64,000 nucleotides of DNA from Mycobacteriales bacterium (GTDB taxonomy: Bacteria; Actinomycetota; Actinomycetes; JAFAQI01): the NCBI GenBank assembly GCA_035547515.1, contig DASZUS010000027.1, forward strand, positions 9,189-73,188, written 5' to 3'. The stretch's first letter is position 1. Each line of letters starts with the position of its first letter. Positions 20,977 to 30,671 of the stretch are shown piece by piece. The translations under genes were made by a program, and so were the position numbers. Below the pieces are notes generated by a model. The model was given only the letters and a program-made list of their open reading frames with translations, made no database searches and had not been told where the DNA came from.

Positions 20977-21743
20977 TCGGGGAGACCCATGATGTCGATG
21001 AGAACTCGAGCGACCGCGTCCGCCAGTCGGGCGTGCTCTCGCTCGCCGTCGACCGTGGTGATGTACAAGGAGCGTTTCTCCGAGCTCGCCGTGAGGACAC
21101 CTAACGTGGTGCCCAGAGCTGACTTGATCGGCATCGCGGCGACCACCCGCAGGTGCTCATGCCGCGCTCGACGAACGTCGTCAAGCTCGTCGGGCGGTAC
21201 CGGGTACAGCGTCGCGATCTCGTGGTCAACGGCGTACTGGCTGATTCCGGTCGCATACGCGACACCGGTGACGCCCACCCCGACGGGCCACGTTGTGTTT
21301 GACGTCACCGGCGCATGGGGCGGGACGATCAGTCTCCGCGGATCATCCGGATCTGGAAGAAATAGCCGCCATTGATACCGGCCCAACGCGCCGGGCGGCG
21401 TCAGCAGTGCGCCGAGGATCAGCTCGGTGGCCTCCTCCTGCATCTCGGTCCGCTCGCGGCTACGTGGCCCGACCAGCTGCTCCACGAGCGAGCTCTGCCG
21501 TAGGCCGGAGAGGACGGCGAGGAGGGCTGCGCACAGCCAGATGATGACGACAACGATTCTGACCGCAAGTGCCCGCGAACCGATCTCCGGAGCGAAGACC
21601 GTGTAGACGGTAGGCACCAGCACGATCACAAGGCCGGCACCGAGGATGGTCCACAGGTTGAGGGTCAACGGATCGAGGCGGCGAAGAAGCCAGCTGGTCG
21701 GCCTGAGTACGGCGGTCGCGCGGGCCGTCACCGCGCGCACCAC
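20973..21743 (-). CDS. Membrane protein with two N-terminal TM helices and a C-terminal GAF-like domain
   Basis: Helices LNLWTILGAGLVIVLVPTVYTVF and IVVVIIWLCAALLAVLSGL. The C-terminus WPVGVGVTGVAYATG...VVAAMPIKSALGTTLGVLTASS resembles the GAF ligand-binding fold. G+C is about 58-68% in counted lines. Confidence 0.5.
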   Translation of the reverse strand: MVRAVTARATAVLRPTSWLLRRLDPLTLNLWTILGAGLVIVLVPTVYTVFAPEIGSRALAVRIVVVIIWLCAALLAVLSGLRQSSLVEQLVGPRSRERTEMQEEATELILGALLTPPGALGRYQWRLFLPDPDDPRRLIVPPHAPVTSNTTWPVGVGVTGVAYATGISQYAVDHEIATLYPVPPDELDDVRRARHEHLRVVAAMPIKSALGTTLGVLTASSEKRSLYITTVDGEREHARLADAVARVLIDIMGLPE

Positions 21744-21772
21744 TTCAAAGCTTCACGCCTCGACCATCCAGG

Positions 21773-22915
21773 TCATGCGAGTAGCGACCGACCGATCACG
21801 AGGCGCTGGATCTGGTTGGTGCCCTCGAAGATCTGCATGACCTTGGCCTCACGCATGTAGCGCTCGACCGGGTACTCGGTCGTGTAGCCGTAGCCGCCGA
21901 AGATCTGCACCGCGTCCGTCGTCGTCTTCATCGCGGTATCTGTGGCGAGCAGCTTCGCCATGGCGGCCTGAGCGCCGTACTTCAGCCCGGCGTCGCGCCG
22001 GCGGGCGGCGGCGAGGTACGTCGCGCGCGACGCCTCGATGCCGGTCGCCATGTCGGCGAGGATGAAGCTGACTCCCTGGTTGTCGGCGATCGGCCGGCCG
22101 AACTGCTTGCGCTCCTTGGCCCACGCGACGGCCGCATCGAGAGCGGACTGCGCGAGACCGGTAGCGACAGCCGATATCCCGAGCCGTCCGCCGTCGAGAG
22201 CGGACAGCGCGATGCGCATCCCTTCGCCTTCCGCCCCGATCAGCCGGGCGGGGGGCACGCGCACGTTGTCGAGCACGATCTGCGCGGTCGGTGACGAGCG
22301 CAGCCCCATCTTCTTCTCCGGCGGCTGGGGATGCAGGCCCTCCGCGTCGGCCGGGACCAGGACTGTCGACACTCCCCCACGCGCGTCGTCGGAGGTGCGG
22401 CAGAACACGTTGTAGTAGTCGGCCACGCCGCCGTGCGTCACCCACGCCTTGGTGCCGCTCAGCACGTAGTCGCCGCCCTCGCGCCGCGCGCGCGCCTGCA
22501 GCGAGCCGGCGTCGGAGCCCGAGGTCGCCTCGGACAGCGAGTAGGCGCCCAGCTGCTCGCCGCCGAGCATGTCGGGCAGGTAGGCCTTGCGCTGCTCGTC
22601 GTCGCCGAATGCGGCCACCGGGTAGCAGCTGAGCGTGTGCACGCTGACCGCCAGGGCCACCGCCGCCCAGCCTGCCGACAGCTCCTCGAGAACCTGCAGG
22701 TAGACCTCGTACGGCATGCCGCCGCCGCCGTACTCCTCCGGGTAGGCGAGGCCGAGCAGCCCGGAGCGCCCGAGCAGGCGGATGATCTCGCGCGGGAACT
22801 CGCTGCGCTCCTCGTACGTCGCGGCGTGCGGGGCAACCTCGTCGCGTACCAGGGTGCGGACGAGGTCCAGCAGCTCCCGCGACTCCTCCGTGGGCAGGAC
22901 GCGCTCGACGACCAC
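21773..22915 (-). CDS. Acyl-CoA dehydrogenase
   Basis: 380 aa. LSEATSGSDAGS, KAWVTHGG and QIFGGYGYTTEYPVERYMREAKVMQIFEGTNQIQR are ACAD signatures. Confidence 0.9.
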   Translation of the reverse strand: MVVERVLPTEESRELLDLVRTLVRDEVAPHAATYEERSEFPREIIRLLGRSGLLGLAYPEEYGGGGMPYEVYLQVLEELSAGWAAVALAVSVHTLSCYPVAAFGDDEQRKAYLPDMLGGEQLGAYSLSEATSGSDAGSLQARARREGGDYVLSGTKAWVTHGGVADYYNVFCRTSDDARGGVSTVLVPADAEGLHPQPPEKKMGLRSSPTAQIVLDNVRVPPARLIGAEGEGMRIALSALDGGRLGISAVATGLAQSALDAAVAWAKERKQFGRPIADNQGVSFILADMATGIEASRATYLAAARRRDAGLKYGAQAAMAKLLATDTAMKTTTDAVQIFGGYGYTTEYPVERYMREAKVMQIFEGTNQIQRLVIGRSLLA

Positions 22916-24037
22916 TCAGGCTCCTACGACGACGAGGTCGCGCTCGATCGTGTCGAGCCGCTCCACGCCGTCCTCGGTGACGACGACGATGTCCTCGATG
23001 CGCGCGCCGTGGCGACCCGGCGAGTACACGCCCGGCTCGATGGAGAAACACATGCCGGGCTCGAGCACGACGTCGTTCCCCTCGACGATCCACGGCTCCT
23101 CGTGCTCCTCGAGCCCGATGCCGTGGCCGGTGCGGTGGATGAACAGCTCGCCGTAACCGGCCGCTGCGATCACCTCGCGGGCTGCCGCGTCGACGCTGTG
23201 CGCCGTCACGCCCGGCCGGACGTGGGCGCACGAGGCCTGCTGGGCTTCGAGCAGGACCTTGTAGTAGTCGGCGAAGTCGCTCGGTGCCGGCCCGCCTGCG
23301 ACATAGGTCCTCGTGCAGTCAGAGCAGTAGCCGTCGGGCATGGTCCCGCCGATGTCGACCACCACCGGGTCGCCGGCTTCGATGATCCGGTTGCTGACGT
23401 GGTGGTGCGGGCTGGCGCCGTTCGGCCCAGAGCCGACGATGACGAAGTTCACCACCGCGTGACCTTCGGCGAGGATCGCGTCCGCGATGTCGCGCGCCAC
23501 CTCAGCCTCGGTCCGCCCCGGTCGCAGCCACTCTCCTATCCGGGAGTGCACGCGGTCGATGGCAGCGCCTGCGCGCCGCAGCGCATCGACCTCGTCAGGG
23601 AGCTTGCGCAGCCGAAGCGGTCGCAGCACCTCACCCGCGAGCCGCTGCTCGGCACCCGGCAGCACCTCGCGGAACCGCAGGACCTGCTGCGCCCACATCC
23701 GGTCTGACACGCCGACCGAGCGCGGCGTCCCGCCGAGCGCTTCGGACAGCGAGCGCGACAGCAGCTCGAAGGCGTCGTCGGTTTCGCCGTGCGTCACGGT
23801 CGCGACGTACGCCGTCGCCCCGCTCGCCTGCGCGGCCGCAAGCTCGAGCGCCGGTACGACGAGTACCGGCTCACCGCTTGCGGGGACCGCGAGGCAAGTG
23901 AGCCGCTCGAGGGGCAGTGCCTGGTAGCCGACGAGGTAGCGAAGGTCCGCACCCGGCGTGATCAGCAGGGCGTCGATGCCGGCCTCGGCGGCCGCAGCCG
24001 CGGCGCGTGCCAGCCGGTCGGAGAAGGGCGCGTCCAC
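22916..24037 (-). CDS. M24-family Xaa-Pro aminopeptidase/dipeptidase
   Basis: 373 aa. DIGGTMPDGYCSDCTRT, HRTGHGIGLEEHE and SIEPGVY are metal ligand motifs of the M24B pita-bread fold. Confidence 0.85.
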   Translation of the reverse strand: MDAPFSDRLARAAAAAAEAGIDALLITPGADLRYLVGYQALPLERLTCLAVPASGEPVLVVPALELAAAQASGATAYVATVTHGETDDAFELLSRSLSEALGGTPRSVGVSDRMWAQQVLRFREVLPGAEQRLAGEVLRPLRLRKLPDEVDALRRAGAAIDRVHSRIGEWLRPGRTEAEVARDIADAILAEGHAVVNFVIVGSGPNGASPHHHVSNRIIEAGDPVVVDIGGTMPDGYCSDCTRTYVAGGPAPSDFADYYKVLLEAQQASCAHVRPGVTAHSVDAAAREVIAAAGYGELFIHRTGHGIGLEEHEEPWIVEGNDVVLEPGMCFSIEPGVYSPGRHGARIEDIVVVTEDGVERLDTIERDLVVVGA

Positions 24038-24046
24038 CGGGTCAGG

Positions 24047-24715
24047 CTACGACGGCCGGTGCACGACAGAGAGCTTCTCGACCGCCTCGCCGTACATCGT
24101 CGACTTGATCGCGGTCATGACCGGATGCGCCTTCGCGGCAAGGGGCCGGACGAGCTCCAGCGCGGCCGGCAGCACCTGGTCCTCGGGGACCGCCCTGGTC
24201 ACGATGCCCGCCGCGGCCGCCTCCGTCCCGCCGTACCGGCGTCCGGTGACCATCGCCTCGAAGGCGGTCTCGACGGGCAGCTTCGCGCGCACCAGCGCGT
24301 CCATGCCCGGCGGGAACGGCAGCCGGATGTCGACCTCCGGAAAGCAGAAGAAGCCACGGTCCTCGCGCATGACCCGCCAGTCGTGCGCCAGCGCCAGCAG
24401 TCCGCCGGCGGCATAGCAGTGGCCCTGGATCGCCGCGACCGTCGGCATCGGAAGGATCAGCATCCGGGAGAACAAGCGCTGCACGAGATCGACATAGCGC
24501 TCAGCTTGCTCCGCATGGGACATCAGCCAGTCGAGGTCCAGCCCGTTCGACCAGAACTTGCCCTCCGCGACGGTTACCAGCGCTACCGGTGAGTCGAGAC
24601 CCTCGGCCTCGTCCAGGCAGGCGTGCATGGACTCCAGCCAGGCGATCGTGAACCGGTTCTCGTCGGCGCCAATGTTGAGTACGGCGATCTCGCCGTCGCG
24701 AGCAAGTGCGGGCAT
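24047..24715 (-). CDS. Enoyl-CoA hydratase/isomerase (crotonase) family protein
   Basis: Reads MPALARDGEIAVLNIGADENRF...GKFWSNGLDLDW...AAIQGHCYAAGGLLALAHD from the ATG at 24715, a crotonase-fold pattern. The longer ORF to 24979 is an Arg-rich extension. Confidence 0.7.
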   Translation of the reverse strand: MPALARDGEIAVLNIGADENRFTIAWLESMHACLDEAEGLDSPVALVTVAEGKFWSNGLDLDWLMSHAEQAERYVDLVQRLFSRMLILPMPTVAAIQGHCYAAGGLLALAHDWRVMREDRGFFCFPEVDIRLPFPPGMDALVRAKLPVETAFEAMVTGRRYGGTEAAAAGIVTRAVPEDQVLPAALELVRPLAAKAHPVMTAIKSTMYGEAVEKLSVVHRPS

Positions 24716-24760
24716 GTCGTTAGTGTCCCTGGTGTGCCTGCCCTCCCCGGTCAGCGACTC

Positions 24761-25660
24761 ATGCTGCTCGACAGTGCGTCGATGTACTTCCGCGCCTTCT
24801 ACGGTGTGCCTGACAGCGTCGTTGCACCGGACGGGACGGTGGTCAACGCCGCGAAGGGCTTCCTCGACGCGATCGCCTACCTGGTCTCCCAGCGCCGCCC
24901 GACCCACCTGGTCGCGGCGATGGACGCCGACTGGCGGCCGGCGTGGCGGGTGGCGGCGGTGCCGTCGTACAAGGCCCATCGGGTCGCCGCGGACGGCGGC
25001 GAGGAGGTGCCGGACGCGTTGACCCCGCAGGTGCCCATCATCGAAGCGGCGCTCGACGCGCTGGGCATCTGCCGGATCGGAATGCCCGACGCGGAGGCCG
25101 ACGACGTCATCGGCACCCTCGCCACCACAGCCACGATGCCGGTCGAGATCGTGACGGGCGACCGGGACCTCTTCCAGCTCGTCGACGACGATCGCGATGT
25201 CACCGTGCTCTACATCGCCAAGGGCTTCGGCAACGCGGAACGGATCGACGAGGCGGAGATCACCCGCCGCTACGACATCCCGGGCCGCGCCTACGCCGAC
25301 TTCGCGACGATGCGGGGTGACACCTCCGATGGTCTACCGGGCGTGCCGGGCGTCGGCGAGAAGACCGCCGCGGCGCTGCTGCGGAGCTTTGGCGACCTGG
25401 ACGGGATCCTGGCAGCCGCGGCGCGCTCCGACGACGGCTTCCCGCGCGGCTGCCACGCGAAGCTGCTCGCGGCCTTCGACGACATCCCGGCCATGCGGCG
25501 CGTCGTTGCCGTCGCGCGGGACCTTCCGATCCCAGCAATCGAGCCCGTGATCCGCGCGGAGCCGCCCGACCGCGCGGTGCTCGATGTGTTCGCCGAGCGT
25601 TGGGGCCTGCGCAACGCGGTGTCGCGGGTCCTGGAGGCGTTCGCCTCAGTCCACGCCTGA
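24761..25660 (+). CDS. 5'-3' exonuclease (FEN / Pol I N-terminal domain-like)
   Basis: MLLDSASMYFRAFYGVP..., EADDVIGTLA, VTGDRDLFQLV, DGLPGVPGVGEKTAAALL (H3TH). The start could be GTG 24734. Confidence 0.85.
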   Translation: MLLDSASMYFRAFYGVPDSVVAPDGTVVNAAKGFLDAIAYLVSQRRPTHLVAAMDADWRPAWRVAAVPSYKAHRVAADGGEEVPDALTPQVPIIEAALDALGICRIGMPDAEADDVIGTLATTATMPVEIVTGDRDLFQLVDDDRDVTVLYIAKGFGNAERIDEAEITRRYDIPGRAYADFATMRGDTSDGLPGVPGVGEKTAAALLRSFGDLDGILAAAARSDDGFPRGCHAKLLAAFDDIPAMRRVVAVARDLPIPAIEPVIRAEPPDRAVLDVFAERWGLRNAVSRVLEAFASVHA

Positions 25661-28351
25661 GTACGCGACCACGCCCCGCCGGAGCTTCGTGACCGCGGTC
25701 TTCGCAGTCGCGTGGACGGGCGATGACTCCGGTGCCGCTCGTGCGATCTGGTCGAGCAAGTCGATGAGCTGCTTCATCCACCGTACGAAGTCCCCGGCGG
25801 CCAGCGAGGCGTCGAGCAGCACCGCGTCGAGGGAGTGGCCCTTCGCCCATCGCCAGGCGAGCCAAGCGAAGCCCGGCTGCGGCTGGCGCAGGAAGGACAG
25901 GCCGGCGGAAGCCTCCTCGCCGCGCAACGCGTCCCAACGGCGCTCGAGATCGGCGAGTGCGTCGCGCACGCGGCCCGGCGGCAGCTTCGGGTGCGACTCG
26001 TCATCGCGGCGCGGCTCGTATACCAGCGCCGACGCGACGGCGGCGAGCTCAGCCGCATCGAGCTCGGCCCACGCACCGTCGCGTACTGCTTCGGCGACGA
26101 CGAGGTCGGACTCGGAGTAGATGCGGGCGAGGATCGCACCTCCCGGCGTCACCGTCTCACCGGCCAGGTAACCGAGCTTGTCGAGCACGTCGCACACCGC
26201 GTCAAAGGTCTTGGCGATCGACCCGGTCTTGCCGCGCACCTTCTTCTCCAGCGCGGCGGTGTCTTTGGCCAGGCGGTCGTAACGCTCCGCCCACCGAGCG
26301 TGATGCTCGCGGTCCGCGCAGCCGTGACAGGGGTGCTGGCGGATGGCGGCGCGCATCCGTGCGATCTCGGCGTCGTCGGCCGCCGCGCTCCGCGTGCGCT
26401 GCCCGCGATCGCCGAGGTCTTCGAGACGCAGCGCGCGCAAGCTCGAAACCAGATCGCGTCGCGCCTGCGGCGATCGCGGCTGGAACGTCTTGGGGATCCG
26501 CACGCGGCCGAGGGCCGTGGCCTCGCTGGTGAAGTCGCCAACCCCGAGGCGCTTGAGCTGCCGGCCGTCGGTGACCACGGTGAGCCGGTCCCCGAGACCG
26601 CCGCTGCTCGAGTTCTCGACCACGACGCCGAGCTCCCCACGCCGGCTGCCGGGCAGCCGGATCACATCCCCGACGCGCAGGGTCTCCAGCGAGGTCGCCG
26701 CCGCGGCGCGCCGGGCGGCGGAGCGCTTCCGGGCCAGGTCCGCCTCCCGGTCGGACAGCGCCCGCCGCAAAGCGGCGTACTCCGCGAAGTCACCGAGATG
26801 ACACGACATTGCGTCGCGATAGCCGTCGAGCGCCTCGCGGTTGGCGCGGATCTGCTTCGTCAGCCCGACCACCGAGCGGTCCGCCTGGAACTGCGCGAAG
26901 GATCGCTCGAGGAGCTCGCGGGTCGCGGATCGCCCGAGGCGGCCGACCAGGTTTACGGCCATGTTGTACGACGGGCGGAAGCTCGACCGCAGCGGGTAGG
27001 TGCGAGTCGACGCGAGCCCAGCGACGTGACGAGGGTCGAACCCCGGAGTCCAGAGGACGACGCCGTGACCTTCCACGTCGATCCCGCGCCGGCCGGCGCG
27101 TCCGGTGAGTTGGGTGTACTCCCCCGGGGTGAGGTCGACGTGCGCGTCGCCGTTCCACTTCACGAGCGACTCGAGGACGACGCTGCGCGCGGGCATGTTG
27201 ACGCCGAGGGCGAGGGTCTCGGTAGCGAAGACGGCCTGCACGTAGCCGTCGGCGAACAGCTCCTCGACGACCTCTTTGAACACCGGCAGCATCCCGGCGT
27301 GGTGGGCGGCGAAGCCCCGCTCGAGTCCTGCCGCGAGCTCGTCATACCCGAGCAGTGCGAGGTCTGCCTCGGGGATCGATGCGGTGCGGGTCTCGAGCAC
27401 ATCGCGGATGTGAGCACGGTCGGTCGGGTCGGCCAGACGAAGCCCGGAGCGCAGGCACTGCCGGACTGCGGCGTCGCAGCCGGCGCGGCTGAAGATGAAC
27501 ACGATCGCGGGCAGCAGGCCCGCTCGGTCCAGCCGGTCCAGCACATCCGGTCGGTGCGGTGGCGCGCCGCGGCGAGCGTGGCGGCGCCCACCCCGCTCGG
27601 CCCCCCGCCGGTCGCGCTCGAACTTCGCCTCCTGCGCGGCGAGGCGGGTCAGGTACGGGTTCACCTCGTTCTGGTCGTCGTCCACGAAGAGGTCGTGCAG
27701 CTCGTTGCCGACCAGGACCGACTGCCACAGCGGGACCGGACGGATCTCGTCGACGATCACGGTGGTGTCCCCGCGTACCTCTTGCAGCCAGTCGCCGAAC
27801 TCCTCGGCGTTGCTGACCGTTGCCGACAGCGACACCAGCTGCACGCTCTGGTCGAGATGGAGGATGACCTCCTCCCACACCGCACCGCGGAACCGGTCTG
27901 CGAGGTAGTGGACCTCGTCGACGACGACCGTCCGCAGCCCGTCGAGGGTGCTCGACTCGGCGTAGAGCATGTTGCGAAGGACCTCGGTCGTCATGACGAC
28001 GATGGGTGCTTCGCCGTTGACCGAGTTGTCGCCGGTGAGCAGCCCCACCCGGTCGGCGCCGTAACGGTCCGCGAGGTCGTGGAACTTCTGGTTCGACAGG
28101 GCCTTGATCGGCGTCGTGTAGAAGCACTTGCCGCCCTTGGCGATCGCGAGGTGCACCGCGAACTCGCCGACGACGGTCTTCCCGGCGCCAGTCGGAGCCG
28201 CGACGAGGACGCCGTGGCCGCCCTCGAGCGCCTCGCAGGCCCGCCGCTGGAAGGCGTCCAGGTCGAACGGGTAGCCGAGCAGGAAGTCGTGCAGCACCGG
28301 GGTGGCCGCCCGTCGCTTCGCCGCGGCGTAGCGTTCGGCCGGGCTTGCCAC
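25646..28351 (-). CDS. helY: Ski2-like DEAD/DEAH-box RNA helicase HelY
   Basis: 901 aa. AAPTGAGKT, DEVHYL, SAT, HHAGMLP and a DSHCT-like C-terminus. Lies upstream of tatC/tatA as in mycobacteria. GTG start. Confidence 0.9.
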   Translation of the reverse strand: MASPAERYAAAKRRAATPVLHDFLLGYPFDLDAFQRRACEALEGGHGVLVAAPTGAGKTVVGEFAVHLAIAKGGKCFYTTPIKALSNQKFHDLADRYGADRVGLLTGDNSVNGEAPIVVMTTEVLRNMLYAESSTLDGLRTVVVDEVHYLADRFRGAVWEEVILHLDQSVQLVSLSATVSNAEEFGDWLQEVRGDTTVIVDEIRPVPLWQSVLVGNELHDLFVDDDQNEVNPYLTRLAAQEAKFERDRRGAERGGRRHARRGAPPHRPDVLDRLDRAGLLPAIVFIFSRAGCDAAVRQCLRSGLRLADPTDRAHIRDVLETRTASIPEADLALLGYDELAAGLERGFAAHHAGMLPVFKEVVEELFADGYVQAVFATETLALGVNMPARSVVLESLVKWNGDAHVDLTPGEYTQLTGRAGRRGIDVEGHGVVLWTPGFDPRHVAGLASTRTYPLRSSFRPSYNMAVNLVGRLGRSATRELLERSFAQFQADRSVVGLTKQIRANREALDGYRDAMSCHLGDFAEYAALRRALSDREADLARKRSAARRAAAATSLETLRVGDVIRLPGSRRGELGVVVENSSSGGLGDRLTVVTDGRQLKRLGVGDFTSEATALGRVRIPKTFQPRSPQARRDLVSSLRALRLEDLGDRGQRTRSAAADDAEIARMRAAIRQHPCHGCADREHHARWAERYDRLAKDTAALEKKVRGKTGSIAKTFDAVCDVLDKLGYLAGETVTPGGAILARIYSESDLVVAEAVRDGAWAELDAAELAAVASALVYEPRRDDESHPKLPPGRVRDALADLERRWDALRGEEASAGLSFLRQPQPGFAWLAWRWAKGHSLDAVLLDASLAAGDFVRWMKQLIDLLDQIARAAPESSPVHATAKTAVTKLRRGVVAYSGVD

Positions 28352-28389
28352 GCCTCACCCTACGTCCGCCCGGGGTGCGGCCGGCGCGA

Positions 28390-29277
28390 TCAGGCGAGGA
28401 CCTGGACCGCTCCCGGAATGCACTCGCAGCGGATCGGCAGGTCGGCGAGATACTCGCCGTCGGCGTACGCCGTGACGCCGGGTGAGGAGACCTCGACCAC
28501 CCTCGCGCGGCGCATCGTGACCGCGGGGTGGTCCACGTGGGTGCCGTTGAAGACCTTCGGGAAGGTCTTGAGGAACTCGGGCTTGCTTACCGGTCCGAGC
28601 ACCATGACGTCGAGCAGGCCGTCGGTCACCTCGGCGTCCGGCGTGACGTGCATGCCCGCGCCGTAGGACTTCGCGTTGCCGACCGCGACCAGCATGGCTT
28701 CGGTGCTCAGCCGCTCGCCGTCGATCGTGATCTCGAACGGCAGCGGGGCGAAGACGCCGAGCTCGGCGAGGATCGCGACGTTGTAGCGCATCCGCCCGCG
28801 CGGCCAGGTCATGCGGTTCGCCCGGTCGTTGACCCGCGAGTCGAACCCCGCACCCAGCACGCAGCCGAACCACTTCTCGCCGACCCGGACCGCGTCCATC
28901 GGCCACGCGCCGCCGCTGAGCAGGCGATCCGCGACGACCCCCGCCGCGGCGACCGGATCCTTGGTCGGCAGGCCCAGGGTCGCGGCCAGGTCGTTCCCGG
29001 TCCCCGCCGGGATGATGCCGAGCGGGGTTCCCGTCCCGGCGACCGCGTTGAGCGCGAGATGAACCATCCCGTCACCGCCGAGCGCGACAACCGCGTCCGC
29101 GCCGTCGAACGCCGCCTTGCGAGCGATATCGACGGCGTCCTGCGCGTCGGCGCCCACCAGGATCGAGACAGTCGCGCCCGCATCGCGCAGCGTGCCCGCG
29201 ACGGCTGCAACCTGTCTGGCCGCGCGCCCCTTGCCTGCCGTCGGGTTCACGACAAGGGCGACCGACGGTCGGGTCAC
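28390..29277 (-). CDS. Diacylglycerol/lipid kinase family protein
   Basis: 295 aa from the GTG at 29277. ALVVNPTAGKG, VVALGGDGMV, GIIPAGTGNDLA. The GTG overlaps the tatC TGA (GTGA). The 474-aa ORF in the track is an artefactual extension across tatC. Confidence 0.85.
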   Translation of the reverse strand: MTRPSVALVVNPTAGKGRAARQVAAVAGTLRDAGATVSILVGADAQDAVDIARKAAFDGADAVVALGGDGMVHLALNAVAGTGTPLGIIPAGTGNDLAATLGLPTKDPVAAAGVVADRLLSGGAWPMDAVRVGEKWFGCVLGAGFDSRVNDRANRMTWPRGRMRYNVAILAELGVFAPLPFEITIDGERLSTEAMLVAVGNAKSYGAGMHVTPDAEVTDGLLDVMVLGPVSKPEFLKTFPKVFNGTHVDHPAVTMRRARVVEVSSPGVTAYADGEYLADLPIRCECIPGAVQVLA

Positions 29278-30125
29278 TGGACCGCCGGCTCGTCGTCGAT
29301 CGGAGAGAGCTCGTCGTCGGCGAGGTTGGCGTAAAGCGGGCCTCTCGCAGCGACGCGGCGGTCGTGAAGCGTCGCGACCACCACGGCGACACCGTAGAGC
29401 AGGCACATCGGGAACGCGAGGGCACTCATCGTGAACGGGTCCTGGCTCGGCGTCGCGACGGCGGCGAAGACGAAGATGCCGAAGATGACCGCCCGCCACC
29501 AGCCACGCAGCTTCGACGCCGGTACGACGCCGACCAGGTTGAGCATGATCACCAGCAGCGGCAGCTCGAAGGAGACCGCGAAGACCAGAACCATCGCGGT
29601 GACGAAAGACAGGTAGTTGGAGAACGTCAGCAACGAAGAGATGCCCCCGTGGGCAAAGCCGAGCAGGAAGTGCAGGCCCTCCGGCAACGTCAGGTAGGCG
29701 AACGCGGCGCCCATCGCGAACAGCAGGACCGATGCGCTGACGAAGGTCGTCGCGTACCTGCGCTCGTGGGCGTAGAGGCCCGGGGTGACGAAGCGCCATA
29801 GCTGGAACAGCCACACCGGTGAGGCTGCGATGACCCCGACGTAGAGCGAGAGCTTCAGGGTCAGCATGAACGGGTCGAGCACGCCGAACGCGACCAGCGT
29901 GCAGTGGCCGGAGATCGCCCGGTAGTGGTTCGGGAGCTGGCAGTACGGATGCTTGACGAAGTCGAGGATGTGGCCGTGGAAGACGTACGCCACGATCGTG
30001 GTGAGCACTACCGCAACGAGGGAGATGACGACGCGACTGCGCAACTCGGCGAGATGCTCGCCCAGCGTCATCCGGCCGTCAGGCGACCGATCTCTCCCCG
30101 CCCGCGCCGGGCGCGGCATCCTCAC
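29274..30125 (-). CDS. tatC: Sec-independent protein translocase TatC
   Basis: 283 aa. MTLGEHLAELRSR, six hydrophobic helices, and the FQLWRFVTPGLY motif. Confidence 0.9.
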   Translation of the reverse strand: MRMPRPARAGRDRSPDGRMTLGEHLAELRSRVVISLVAVVLTTIVAYVFHGHILDFVKHPYCQLPNHYRAISGHCTLVAFGVLDPFMLTLKLSLYVGVIAASPVWLFQLWRFVTPGLYAHERRYATTFVSASVLLFAMGAAFAYLTLPEGLHFLLGFAHGGISSLLTFSNYLSFVTAMVLVFAVSFELPLLVIMLNLVGVVPASKLRGWWRAVIFGIFVFAAVATPSQDPFTMSALAFPMCLLYGVAVVVATLHDRRVAARGPLYANLADDELSPIDDEPAVQ

Positions 30126-30146
30126 CGGCCTGGGTGCAGCGAAGGA

Positions 30147-30380
30147 CTAGCTGCTGGCGGTGGTCTGCTCGGTCTTGGCCGGCTCCGCGTTAGCAGGCTT
30201 GGCGGAAGCCAGCTCTGCCGGTGCCGCGGGGGCGTCGTCCTCGTGAAGACCCTTGATCTCAGTCTTCATGATGCGCATCGACCTGCCGAGTGAGCGCGCC
30301 GCGTCGGGCAGCTTCTTCGAGCCGAAGAGCACGAGTACGACAACGGCGATGATGGCGATCTCTGGCCAACCGATGTCCAT
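30147..30380 (-). CDS. tatA: Sec-independent protein translocase TatA/E
   Basis: 77 aa. [36 protein letters not shown] is the canonical TatA TM plus amphipathic helix. Confidence 0.9.
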   Translation of the reverse strand: MDIGWPEIAIIAVVVLVLFGSKKLPDAARSLGRSMRIMKTEIKGLHEDDAPAAPAELASAKPANAEPAKTEQTTASS

Positions 30381-30463
30381 GACCTGGTCCTCTCGCTGGC
30401 CCCCGGGGCGGAGCCCAGGTCGATTCTATGCCCCACGCGCCACCGCCGAGGCCGATGACGATG

Positions 30464-30649
30464 CTACGGGCGGGGCGTCCGAGCCGCGGACTCGCGCGCG
30501 AGCTGGTCGCTGAGCGCGGTGATGCGCTCCCCAGCGGCCTTCACGTCGCGGGCAAACGCGCGAACCTGACGGTAGAGCCGGAAGCCGACGGCGCCGAGCA
30601 CCGCGACTCCGAGCACGCCGATCCCGACGTAGAACACCACCCAGGCCAC
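30464..30649 (-). CDS. Hypothetical small membrane protein (61 aa)
   Basis: One TM helix (WVVFYVGIGVLGVAVLGAVGF) followed by a charged helix. High GC3. No recognisable family. Confidence 0.4.
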   Translation of the reverse strand: MAWVVFYVGIGVLGVAVLGAVGFRLYRQVRAFARDVKAAGERITALSDQLARESAARTPRP

Positions 30650-30671
30650 GGCTGCAGGCTACGTGGCCGGC

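Noticed and set aside
25835-28666. 943-aa ORF on the plus strand spanning the whole helY region
   Set aside because: It is antisense to a gene with unmistakable helicase motifs. The translation is Arg/Gly/Ala/Pro-rich low complexity with no motifs. This is the usual shadow ORF of high-G+C DNA, where stop codons are rare in the antisense wobble-matched frame.
28390-29814. 474-aa version of the lipid kinase ORF
   Set aside because: The N-terminal 179 aa overlap tatC in another frame and are Arg/Pro-rich. Kinase homology begins at the GTG at 29277, which overlaps the tatC stop.
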